Shown one piece after another: positions 5,502-13,786 of a stretch of 17,779 nucleotides of DNA; the first letter of the stretch is position 1, and the number at the start of each line of letters is the position of its first letter. The notes beneath the pieces were generated by a model. The model made no database searches. It saw only the letters and a program-made list of their open reading frames with translations, and was not told where the DNA came from. Location: the NCBI GenBank assembly GCA_037446135.1, contig JBBIJD010000036.1, positions 1 to 17,779 of the forward strand. The letters are read 5' to 3'. This stretch comes from Candidatus Fraserbacteria bacterium (GTDB taxonomy: Bacteria; Bipolaricaulota; Bipolaricaulia; RBG-16-55-9; JANLFV01). The translations under genes and the position numbers were made by a program.

Positions 5502-8500
5502 ATGGAGGCACAGACGCAGAAGGGGTTACTCATCCGGTTAGTCGGGTTAGGCCTCGTCAGTTCCCTCATCCTTCTCTTCCCAGCCTCTTTCCAGCCCTCG
5601 ACTAGTGCCCAGATGATGGCTTATCCCTTGATTCCAATAGTGGTGTGGAGCGAGGGGTATCACGCCGTGGAGGATATCGCCTATGGCTTGGCCATCGACT
5701 CCCGCGGGGCGGCGGTCGTCGTTGGGACCTCTGGAGTCATCAAGTATGCCCCGGACGGGCGGAAGTTATGGCAAGTCGAGTATCCCGGTGTGGCTTATGG
5801 TGTGACGACCGATTCCCTCGCCGATATCGTCGTGGCCGGGAGTGACGGGCTAATCAAGCTCGATTCCGAGGGGAGGCAGCTCTGGGCCGTAGCCGGCGAG
5901 TTCTATAAGGTAACGGCCGCTGCGGGTGATCTGGTCGTGGCCGTCGGCCCTGCGGGCGTGGGGATCTATACCCCCAGCGGAGAGGTGGCTGGCGAGCTGG
6001 CTTACCCCGGGGTGCCCCACGGGGTGGCTGGCTCCGGCGAGAGAGTCGTGGTCGTCGGCACGGCCGGGATCGCCGCGTATAGCCTCCAGTCCCGGGACCG
6101 GCTCTGGCAGATCCCCTACCAGGGCGAGCTGAGGGGCGTGGCCCTCGACTCCGAAGGGAATGTGATCGTCGTCGGCTCAATCGGAGTCGCCAAATATAGC
6201 CCGAGCGGCCGACTCATCTGGCGGGAGCCTTTCCTCGGCGAACCTCAAGCGGTCGCGATCCTCCCGACAAAGGAGCCTTCCCGAGAGGATGAAATCATTG
6301 TGACCGGCGGTTACAAGGGCGGCGACGACTGGGATTATCGCACGGTCAAGTATAGCTCCGAAGGGAAGGAGCTCTGGGACATCCGCTATGACGGCGGACA
6401 TGGCGATGACATCGCCTACGCCGTGGCCGTGAGCCCATCCGGTCAGGTCTATGTTACCGGGGCCTCGACCCTAGCTAAGGGCATATCAGCAGCGGCGGAC
6501 AAGGATTATTACACCATCCAGTATGACGAGCGGCCACTGCCGGAGGCATTGGAAGCCCGGGACGAAGACCATCAACGCTCATGCCCACCAGAGGGACTCC
6601 CTCGGGCCGCCTTCACGGTGGCAAATCCCGCCCCACTCACTGGGGAGGCGATCCCCTTCGCGAATCATTCCTTTGATCCCGATGGTTACCTCATCGCCTG
6701 GAGCTGGGCCTTCGGCGATGGGAGCTCCTCCGCGGAGTGGGAACCCGCTCACAGCTACTCCCGCAAGGGGCACTATACCGTGGTCCTCACTGTAGTGGAC
6801 GATTCATTCTGCATTGCCACCGCTGAAGGGTCGGTCGAGGTGGGGAACCGCCCGCCGGAGGCCGACTTCACCTGGACCCCCTTAGAGCCGACAGACCTTG
6901 AGGAAGCCCTCTTCATCCCGGAATTCGAGGACCTCGATGGGGAAATTACCCTCGTCCGCTGGGAGCTGGGGGACGGGATGGTCGTGGAATGGGAGAGTGA
7001 GTGGGAGTTCGGCCCACCGGGCCGACGGAATACCCTCTCCTACCAGTATCCCGATGATGGCCTTTACACCGTCCGGCTGATCGTGGTAGACGATGACGGT
7101 GCTGAGACTGAGGTGATCAAGGAGATCACCGTCCTCAATGTCCCGCCGGAGGCGAGCTTCACCTTCGAGGCCGAGCCAGGAGGTGGGGAGCTTCGCGCGG
7201 ACTTCACCTGGACGGTGGACCGCGAGCGGCACGGGCGCTACCCCGCGGGCTTCGTGCCTGAGGGGCCGACCGATCTCGATGAGATCATCTTCGAGGATCA
7301 CTCCACTGCCGGGACCGGGCTGGGGCTCTTTCACTTCTCTGGCGAGGCCATTGATCCCGATGGCCGAGTAGTCTCCTGGCATTGGGCCTTCGGGGATGGC
7401 ACGACCGCTAGCGAGCCGAACCCCTCCCATCAATACCAAGAGGCCGGGACTTACCATGTCACCCTTACGGTGACCGACGATGACAGCGACTCCACCACCT
7501 CCGAGGCCGATGTCGAGGTTGGGGAGGTCGGCGGAGCGATCGTCGCCTGGGAGTGGAGCGGCTCTGAGATATTCCCCCAGGTTGCACCGGGACCGGAAGG
7601 ACCGCCCAGGGAATACAGGTGCTCATTCTCCTCTAACGAGCAAGACCCGACCGTCTGGTTCGAGGATGATTGCTATATCGAAGTGACCCTGACGGTCTGG
7701 GATGCCACAGGGAACAGCGCCTTCATTACTAAGGGGATCCAGATCCTCAATGTCCCTCCTGTAGCCGACTTCTCCTGGGGGTTCGAGCAGCCGGGAGATC
7801 TCCTCCCCTCTTGCTTAGATGTATTCCCAGAGCCGGGCCCGGAATTTGCTTGCCAGGAGCCTGCGCTCGAGGAGCCGATAGGTAAAGAGGGCAGAGTCCC
7901 GCGAGATGTCGGCGTAGTCGCCTTCTCCGACCTCTCAGTGGACAGCGAGAGCTGGCCCGGGCATGAGGTCAACGAATGGCTATGGAACTTCGGCGATCTC
8001 GGCTGGATCTGCTGGGAAGGGGACGAATGCCTGAGGGCCCAAAATCCAAAGGTCCTCTTCCTCGATGAGAACAATGAGTTCCTCTTCCACGGCGACCGCG
8101 AGGTCTGGCTCTCCGTCCGGGACGATGATGACGAAGGCGGGGATCTGTTCGAGTCCTCCTACCTCTCCAAGACTGTTACGATCGCCAATATCCCGCCCTA
8201 TGCCGCATTCGAGTGGCAGGACTGGGGCAACTGGAGTGAGCTGGTCTTCCCTGTTTGCATGAAGTATTTGCAATGTATAGTTCCTAAACCGCCACCAAGC
8301 GATTACCTCTGCATCGACCACGAGGTCGCAGGCTACCCCGGCTGCGGCGGCATCTTCGCTCCTTGGGCCTGGGAGGTCGAGGCTAAGGTCGGGATCAACT
8401 CCACTGAAGATACGGTGGAGATAACGGAGACGATACCAAATGGCTGGGGTTATTGGCTCACCGAGTATGAAGGGGCTTGCGTCACGATCACAGACCAAGG

Positions 8501-9026
8501 GACGGGCTACTGGAAGGCCACCATCGAGCCGGCCAACTGTCTGACACCATACAGCACAGAGATTAAGTATTATCTCTATCCCCCATATGAGGGGCCGCTT
8601 GGACAATACGAGATCGAGACCACCGCCGTCCATGATGGGAGCCTCGAGACCTTCTATACCCCGGTTGAACTCCAAGCTCAAGTCGTTGCCTATCAATCGC
8701 TACAGCTCCACGGGTATGGCTCCGAGGTCTATTTCATCGACCCCAACGGCGATGAGCTCATCTCCTGGGAATGGCAGGGCTTGCCCTTCGGGGCGATCGT
8801 GAGCGGTCAAGATCCTACAGGAGGCGACTGCAATGGAGGCTGGTGTGAATTCACCCTCGGGGATCCCATGATAGGTCTGCGTTGTGAATTCGATCCCGAA
8901 AGGTGGGGCTGGTTCTGGTCTCGTGACCTGGCGGTCTCACTCACCGTCACTGATGCATTAGGGGCTTCGACGACCGTCACGGAGACGATCCATCTAGAAG
9001 GCCCCTGCGGCGAGATGCCGGCATGA
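5502..9026 (+). CDS. Large secreted surface protein: signal peptide + beta-propeller (~5640-6530) + about six PKD domains (6600-9000), Cys-rich C-terminal half
   Basis: ATG 5502 follows AGGAGG. Repeated blades of the form GxAxDSxGxVVVVGxxGVxKYxPxGxxLW. PKD motifs NxPPxAxFxW, DPDG..SWxWxFGDG, HxY...GxYxVxLTVxDDD. No C-terminal TM or LPXTG anchor is visible. Confidence 0.85.
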   Translation: MEAQTQKGLLIRLVGLGLVSSLILLFPASFQPSTSAQMMAYPLIPIVVWSEGYHAVEDIAYGLAIDSRGAAVVVGTSGVIKYAPDGRKLWQVEYPGVAYGVTTDSLADIVVAGSDGLIKLDSEGRQLWAVAGEFYKVTAAAGDLVVAVGPAGVGIYTPSGEVAGELAYPGVPHGVAGSGERVVVVGTAGIAAYSLQSRDRLWQIPYQGELRGVALDSEGNVIVVGSIGVAKYSPSGRLIWREPFLGEPQAVAILPTKEPSREDEIIVTGGYKGGDDWDYRTVKYSSEGKELWDIRYDGGHGDDIAYAVAVSPSGQVYVTGASTLAKGISAAADKDYYTIQYDERPLPEALEARDEDHQRSCPPEGLPRAAFTVANPAPLTGEAIPFANHSFDPDGYLIAWSWAFGDGSSSAEWEPAHSYSRKGHYTVVLTVVDDSFCIATAEGSVEVGNRPPEADFTWTPLEPTDLEEALFIPEFEDLDGEITLVRWELGDGMVVEWESEWEFGPPGRRNTLSYQYPDDGLYTVRLIVVDDDGAETEVIKEITVLNVPPEASFTFEAEPGGGELRADFTWTVDRERHGRYPAGFVPEGPTDLDEIIFEDHSTAGTGLGLFHFSGEAIDPDGRVVSWHWAFGDGTTASEPNPSHQYQEAGTYHVTLTVTDDDSDSTTSEADVEVGEVGGAIVAWEWSGSEIFPQVAPGPEGPPREYRCSFSSNEQDPTVWFEDDCYIEVTLTVWDATGNSAFITKGIQILNVPPVADFSWGFEQPGDLLPSCLDVFPEPGPEFACQEPALEEPIGKEGRVPRDVGVVAFSDLSVDSESWPGHEVNEWLWNFGDLGWICWEGDECLRAQNPKVLFLDENNEFLFHGDREVWLSVRDDDDEGGDLFESSYLSKTVTIANIPPYAAFEWQDWGNWSELVFPVCMKYLQCIVPKPPPSDYLCIDHEVAGYPGCGGIFAPWAWEVEAKVGINSTEDTVEITETIPNGWGYWLTEYEGACVTITDQGTGYWKATIEPANCLTPYSTEIKYYLYPPYEGPLGQYEIETTAVHDGSLETFYTPVELQAQVVAYQSLQLHGYGSEVYFIDPNGDELISWEWQGLPFGAIVSGQDPTGGDCNGGWCEFTLGDPMIGLRCEFDPERWGWFWSRDLAVSLTVTDALGASTTVTETIHLEGPCGEMPA

Positions 9027-9087
9027 AAATGGGGGATAATGAGCGGAGCTAGACAGGATCGGATAAGGCGAGGAGACAAGATGGACT

Positions 9088-9140
9088 GGGACTGGGGAGG
9101 GCAACGGCAAAATGGTTGCCCTCCCCGGTATCCCCTTTTT
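9088..9140 (+). terminator. Intrinsic terminator after the large surface protein gene
   Basis: 15-bp stem ACTGGGGAGGGCAAC (9091-9105) / GTTGCCCTCCCCGGT (9115-9129, one G-U) followed by ATCCCC-TTTTT (U tract at 9136-9140). Confidence 0.7.
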
Positions 9141-9165
9141 AGGCGAGGGCGGTGACCTGAGGGAC

Positions 9166-9195
9166 TTGACTCTCGGAGGTTAAAACCGGTATAAA
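9166..9195 (+). promoter_or_regulatory. Sigma70-type promoter (TTGACT-N18-TATAAA) for the putative outer-membrane protein gene
   Basis: -35 at 9166-9171, -10 at 9190-9195, SD AAGGAGG at 9206-9212, ATG at 9218. Confidence 0.55.
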
Positions 9196-9217
9196 ACTTC
9201 TCCCCAAGGAGGCTGGG

Positions 9218-10825
9218 ATGGCAGGCCCAGGCGCGAGGTTGGCGGCCAAGACGGGTTATGGTCTCAGTGTCACTATCCTTTTCCTCTTGATGTGGGCCGG
9301 GCCACTCTTCGGCCAGGTCCTCTCCGGGAGGTGGGAGCTCGGGGCCGCGCTCTTCCCCCAGACCACAGGCTATGAGGCCACGGCCTTCGAGCTCCAGCCT
9401 TATTCCCAACTGGACCTAGGGCTGGACTATGAGGGCCTCGGCCTCGATGGGACGCTCTTCTTCTCCAACCTCGGGCTGGAGATGGTCTGGCTCGGCTGGG
9501 AGGCGACCTTTCCCACCGGCGAGCTCCGACCCACCGCCATCAAGCGGACACTTGCCCAGAACGATTATATCAAGGTCCTCCGCGCCTTCCCCAGCCCGGT
9601 CCTTCCCGGCGAGGCCTTCGAGGTGATACTCATCATTGAGGCCTTGTCAGCCTTCCCACCTGGCACCGAGATCACTGTGTTGGAGGAGCTCCCCCGAGGC
9701 TGGGCCATCGAGCCGATCATGCCCCCGGGGGTCGGGATCGCCCGAGAGGCCCGCCAGTGGACGGTGGTCTTGGGAGGACCAGGGACCCGTGAGGAGATCA
9801 GGTATATCGGCTATGTCCCCCGCGAGGCCATGGCAGGAAGCTACACCCTCTCCGGGACGGCCCGATCCGGCCTCTTCCCCGACCTCGCCTTTAACGATAC
9901 GATCGAGGTCATCCTCCAGGCCACCCCCCTCCCAGCTGGGGTCAAGCTCAGCCAGGACTTGATCTTCACCGATGGAGCTGACCTGGCCTTTCGGACGATG
10001 CTCTTCAATGTCGCGGTCACTCTAGATCCGCGACTGAGGCTCATGAACTACTTTAGCCTCTATAACATCCCTCCCCTCGCTAGCCGGGATACCTTCATCA
10101 TTGATGGGGAGGCCCCGGGAGGGATCAAGGCCCGGCTCGCCCTGAGGTTCTCTTCAGACTCGTCTCTGGCCTTCGACTCCGGCTCACTTCAGATCAGCGG
10201 CCTCACGCTCGAGGAGGTTAGCCTTCGCAGCACCACCCTCTTCGATAGAGCGGGGCTCGAGCGAGTCACGCTGGAGCTGGATCATTCCACTACGACCTTG
10301 GGGCTCCCACTCGCGCTCAGGGCCGGACTCACCTATAACGCAGAGCTCCAGATGGAGCTAGACTACCTCAGCCTCCGGCTCAGCTCGCGCTTCGACGGCC
10401 TCCTCCGGCTCTATGATTACTATGACCTGCTAGAATATGATGCCGATGATGACGGCCTCGAAGAGGCCCACTTCGAGCTGAAGCGTCGCCAGATCTACCT
10501 CGAGTTCTCCCTCGATAAGCTCGACATCCGGAGCATCAGCACCTTCGAGCCGCTCCTCGAGGACCTCGATGCTGACCCTGCCATCGAGAAGGCCGCTGAC
10601 CTCCGGCTCATCCGCGAGGAGGTCCGGATCAGACGGGCCTTGGGAGAGGTGGTCTTCACCGGCTTTGCCACCTTCACCGCCGAGGCTGCGGGGCTGCTCT
10701 CGCTCTCCTGGCTCAGGTTTGACCTCGCCTTCGCCTCTAGGAGCCTGCGGCTCAAGGGTGAGCTGACCTTCGATCTCCAGTCCCAGGGCTTCGCGGCAGT
10801 CGTCGAGGCGGCGGTGAGCTTCTAG
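9218..10825 (+). CDS. Hypothetical exported protein, probable outer-membrane beta-barrel with inserted Ig-like domain
   Basis: Signal peptide-like N-terminus, many alternating amphipathic strands (SQLDLGLDY, LALRAGLTYN, LRLKGELTFD), and C-terminal ...AAVVEAAVSF ending in Phe. An Ig-like insert (~9540-9920) contains TVLEELPRGW...IRYIGYVP...GSYTLSGT. Confidence 0.6.
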   Translation: MAGPGARLAAKTGYGLSVTILFLLMWAGPLFGQVLSGRWELGAALFPQTTGYEATAFELQPYSQLDLGLDYEGLGLDGTLFFSNLGLEMVWLGWEATFPTGELRPTAIKRTLAQNDYIKVLRAFPSPVLPGEAFEVILIIEALSAFPPGTEITVLEELPRGWAIEPIMPPGVGIAREARQWTVVLGGPGTREEIRYIGYVPREAMAGSYTLSGTARSGLFPDLAFNDTIEVILQATPLPAGVKLSQDLIFTDGADLAFRTMLFNVAVTLDPRLRLMNYFSLYNIPPLASRDTFIIDGEAPGGIKARLALRFSSDSSLAFDSGSLQISGLTLEEVSLRSTTLFDRAGLERVTLELDHSTTTLGLPLALRAGLTYNAELQMELDYLSLRLSSRFDGLLRLYDYYDLLEYDADDDGLEEAHFELKRRQIYLEFSLDKLDIRSISTFEPLLEDLDADPAIEKAADLRLIREEVRIRRALGEVVFTGFATFTAEAAGLLSLSWLRFDLAFASRSLRLKGELTFDLQSQGFAAVVEAAVSF

Positions 10826-10829
10826 CTGA

Positions 10830-10858
10830 TTGACAGCCTCCCCAGCCCCCGCTAAATT
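10830..10858 (+). promoter_or_regulatory. Promoter for hisS (TTGACA-N17-TAAATT), 9 nt before ATG
   Basis: Perfect -35 at 10830-10835 and -10 at 10853-10858. No SD before ATG 10868. Confidence 0.7.
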
Positions 10859-10867
10859 AGTCCCGCC

Positions 10868-12196
10868 ATGGCCAAGCTCCAGCTCCCCCGTGGGATGAGG
10901 GACTACCCTCCAGAGGAGAAGCTCCTCCGGGAGGAGCTCGTCTCCCTCTTGAGGGAGACCTTCGAGCGCTACGGCTTCAATCCGCTCGAGACCCCACTCG
11001 TCGAGCGCTTCGAGGTCCTCTCGGCCAAATACGCCGGCGGGGAGGAGATTTTAAAGGAGACCTTCCGCCTCCGGGACCAGGGGGGAAGGGAACTCGGGCT
11101 GAGATATGAGCTGACCACCTCTTTAGCCCGGTTCGTGGGGATGAATCCCACCCTTAAGCGCCCGTTCAAGGCCTATCAGATCGGCCCGGTCTTCAGAGAT
11201 GGGCCGATCAAGCGCGGCCGGCTCCGGCAGTTCTGGCAATGCGATGTCGACATCATCGGGACGAAGTCGCTTTTGGCCGAGGCCGAGCTCCTGAACCTGG
11301 CGCTCGATTTCTTCTCCCGAGTCGGGCTAGGGGTCGAGATCAAACTGAACCACCGCAGATTACTGCATGAACTGATAAGCATCGCAGATATCCCGGCCGA
11401 AATGGCCAGCTCAGTTATCCTTTCATTGGATAAGCTCGAGAAGGTAGGGCTTGAAGGTGTTCATGAAGAATTGGTTGCCAAAGGGATTCCAGCATCCAAT
11501 GTCGAGCGCTTCATATACTTTATTGGGAACCTCTTAGCCGATATTCTTGGCGAAGCTGCGAGCTCGGTGACAAGCCTTCAGAAGGTGCGCATGCTCCAGG
11601 AGCGTATGCAGGGAGGGAGTCAAGGGCTGCGCGAACTCGAGGAACTCCTGGACTACATCGGCGATGATCCTCGTGTTGTCTTCACCCCCGCGCTCGCCCG
11701 CGGCCTGGCCTACTATACCGGGACGGTCTTCGAGGTCTACCTCAAAGGTTTCCCTTCCTCTCTTGCCGCCGGAGGGCGCTACGATGAGCTGATCGGCCAG
11801 TTCCTCGGGAGCGGCGAGGAGATCCCCGCGGTGGGGATCTCCTTCGGCCTGGAGCCGATCTTTGAACTCTATCGTGAGCGGAAGGGCCTGGCGCGCCGCT
11901 CCGTGGTCGAGGTCTATGTGATCCCGATCGGCACCTTGAGGGAGAGCTGGAAGGTCCTCCAGCGGCTCCGTGGGGCCGGAATCAGGGCAGATATGGACCT
12001 CCAAGGGCGGGGGGTGAGCGCGAACCTGGAATACGCTAATGCCTACGGGATCCCCTATGTCCTACTCCTCGGCCCGGATGAGCTCTCTTGTGGGAGGGTG
12101 AAGCTCCGCGATATGGCTCGCGGAGAGGAAGAGCTCCTCACCCCTGAAGAGGTCATCGCCAAGCTCAGCCGGCTAGACCGGACTAAGCTGGGTTAA
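10868..12196 (+). CDS. hisS: Histidine--tRNA ligase
   Basis: PRGMRDY, LETP, LRYELT, YQIGPVFR...GRLRQFWQCDVDIIG, LARGLAYYTG, AGGRYD, PAVGISFGLE, and a C-terminal anticodon-binding domain. Confidence 0.97.
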   Translation: MAKLQLPRGMRDYPPEEKLLREELVSLLRETFERYGFNPLETPLVERFEVLSAKYAGGEEILKETFRLRDQGGRELGLRYELTTSLARFVGMNPTLKRPFKAYQIGPVFRDGPIKRGRLRQFWQCDVDIIGTKSLLAEAELLNLALDFFSRVGLGVEIKLNHRRLLHELISIADIPAEMASSVILSLDKLEKVGLEGVHEELVAKGIPASNVERFIYFIGNLLADILGEAASSVTSLQKVRMLQERMQGGSQGLRELEELLDYIGDDPRVVFTPALARGLAYYTGTVFEVYLKGFPSSLAAGGRYDELIGQFLGSGEEIPAVGISFGLEPIFELYRERKGLARRSVVEVYVIPIGTLRESWKVLQRLRGAGIRADMDLQGRGVSANLEYANAYGIPYVLLLGPDELSCGRVKLRDMARGEEELLTPEEVIAKLSRLDRTKLG

Positions 12197-13065
12197 AGGA
12201 CGGCCTTCACTGCCGCCAGGGCCACCTCGAGTTGGTTCTCATCCGGCTCACGGGTGGTGAGTCGCTGGAGCCAGAGCCCAGGGGCGATCAAGGGGCGGAG
12301 CCATCTCGAATTGGCATGCCGCCCACTGAATAGCAATGCCTCATAAGAGAACCCAGCGATGACTGGGAGCAATAGGATCCGCGAGAGGACCTTCCAGGGG
12401 AGAGGAGGGTTCCCCACCAGTGAGAAGACCAGGATCGCGATGACCGCGACCAGCAGGAGGAAGGAGGTCCCGCAGCGAGGATGGCGGGTTCCATACTGTT
12501 TGGCGTTCTCGACCGTCAGCTCCTCTCCGTGCTCGAAGGTGTGGATCGACTTATGCTCCGCGCCATGGTATTCCAAGACCCGCCGGATGTCCCGCAGCAG
12601 GGTGATCCCCCAGAGGTAGATGAGGAAGATGGCGATCCGGATCAGCCCCTCGAGGAAGGCGAAGAGCATCCCACTCGATCGGCTGGCGAACAGGTTCGTC
12701 AGCCAGAGTGGGAGGATGAAGAAGCCGCCGACGGCGATCCCTAAGGCCAGGATCAAGGAGATCGAGAACTCCAGCGGGCCGAACTTCTCCGCCTCGCCTT
12801 CTTCGAGGGCGAGGTTGGCCGAGAGGTTGAGGGCCTTGATCCCCAGGACCAGTATCTCAAAGAGGTTGTAAACGCCGCGGAGGAAGGGGATCTTCGAGAG
12901 CTTCCGCCAGGCCTGGAATGGCCTGATCTCCTGGATCACGATCTCCCCGCTTTTGGGCCGGCGGACGGCGACCACGACCCTCTCGCCGTTCCGCATCATC
13001 ACGCCCTCGATGACCGCCTGGCCCCCGAGATGGGGCCGCTGCTCAGGCTCGGCTGGCGGAGCCAA
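12193..13065 (-). CDS. DUF1385 (YqhQ-like) membrane protein
   Basis: GGQAVIEGVMMR, EGLIRI, YHGAEHKSIH, HPRCGTSF, PGLWLQRLTTREPD. TTG start after AAGGAG in the end of rpmE. Confidence 0.92.
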   Translation of the reverse strand: MAPPAEPEQRPHLGGQAVIEGVMMRNGERVVVAVRRPKSGEIVIQEIRPFQAWRKLSKIPFLRGVYNLFEILVLGIKALNLSANLALEEGEAEKFGPLEFSISLILALGIAVGGFFILPLWLTNLFASRSSGMLFAFLEGLIRIAIFLIYLWGITLLRDIRRVLEYHGAEHKSIHTFEHGEELTVENAKQYGTRHPRCGTSFLLLVAVIAILVFSLVGNPPLPWKVLSRILLLPVIAGFSYEALLFSGRHANSRWLRPLIAPGLWLQRLTTREPDENQLEVALAAVKAVL

Positions 13066-13067
13066 GG

Positions 13068-13271
13068 CTACTCCTTCTTCTTATATCTCCGGCGGAATTG
13101 CTCGACTCGCCCCTCGGCGTCGACGAATCGCTCCTCTCCGGTGAAGAAGGGGTGGCACTTGGAGCAGATGTCGACCCTTAAGTTCTCCCGCGTGGAGAGG
13201 GTCTCCCACTCCGCCCCGCAGGAGCAGCGGATCACGACCCGCTTCAGCTCTGGATGGATCCCCGGCTTCAT
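13068..13271 (-). CDS. rpmE: 50S ribosomal protein L31 (zinc-binding type)
   Basis: MKPGIHP...CSCG...DICSKCHPFFTG..FVDAEGRVEQFRRRY. ATG 13271 follows GGGGGAG. Confidence 0.96.
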   Translation of the reverse strand: MKPGIHPELKRVVIRCSCGAEWETLSTRENLRVDICSKCHPFFTGEERFVDAEGRVEQFRRRYKKKE

Positions 13272-13287
13272 CCTATCTCCCCCTGTT

Positions 13288-13749
13288 TTACCGCTTGGAG
13301 TATTGCTCCTCCCGGCGGGCCTTATGGAGGCCATACTTCTTCCGCTCGACCATCCTCGGGTCGCGGGTCAGGAGCCCTTGAGCCCGGAGGACCGGGCGGA
13401 AGCCCTCATCGACCCCGAGGAGGGCCCTGGCGATCCCCAATCGGAGGGCCTCCATCTGGCCGGTGACGCCCCCACCATCGAGATGGGCCTTCACATCAAA
13501 CTTTCCCAGCGTGCCTGTCACCTCGAAAGGCTTGAGGACGACCCGCTGGAGCCGCTCCTTCGCGTAAGGCTCGGCGGAGAAATACTCCTCCGCTGGCCGG
13601 CCGTTGACGATGATCTCGCCCTTCCCCTTCTTCAAGTAGACCCTTGCCACGGCCTCCTTCCTCCGCCCGACGGCGTGGATCTGGCCGTCGACCTTCTTCG
13701 GGAGTCGCGGAGTAACCGCAATTGTAGCGCTACCCTTAGCCTCTGCCAT
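13288..13749 (-). CDS. rpsI: 30S ribosomal protein S9
   Basis: GRRKEAVARV, GGGVTGQ, LLTRDPRMVERKKYGLHKARREEQYSKR. GGAGGT SD upstream. Confidence 0.97.
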   Translation of the reverse strand: MAEAKGSATIAVTPRLPKKVDGQIHAVGRRKEAVARVYLKKGKGEIIVNGRPAEEYFSAEPYAKERLQRVVLKPFEVTGTLGKFDVKAHLDGGGVTGQMEALRLGIARALLGVDEGFRPVLRAQGLLTRDPRMVERKKYGLHKARREEQYSKR

Positions 13750-13786
13750 TCCTTACCTCCGTCAGCCAAGCCAGATTGCAGCCCTT

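Noticed and set aside
9081..9155. Short ORF MDWDWGGQRQNGCPPRYPLFRRGR after an AGGAG
   Set aside because: It runs through the terminator hairpin and has no supporting features. It cannot be excluded as a small peptide, but is unsupported.
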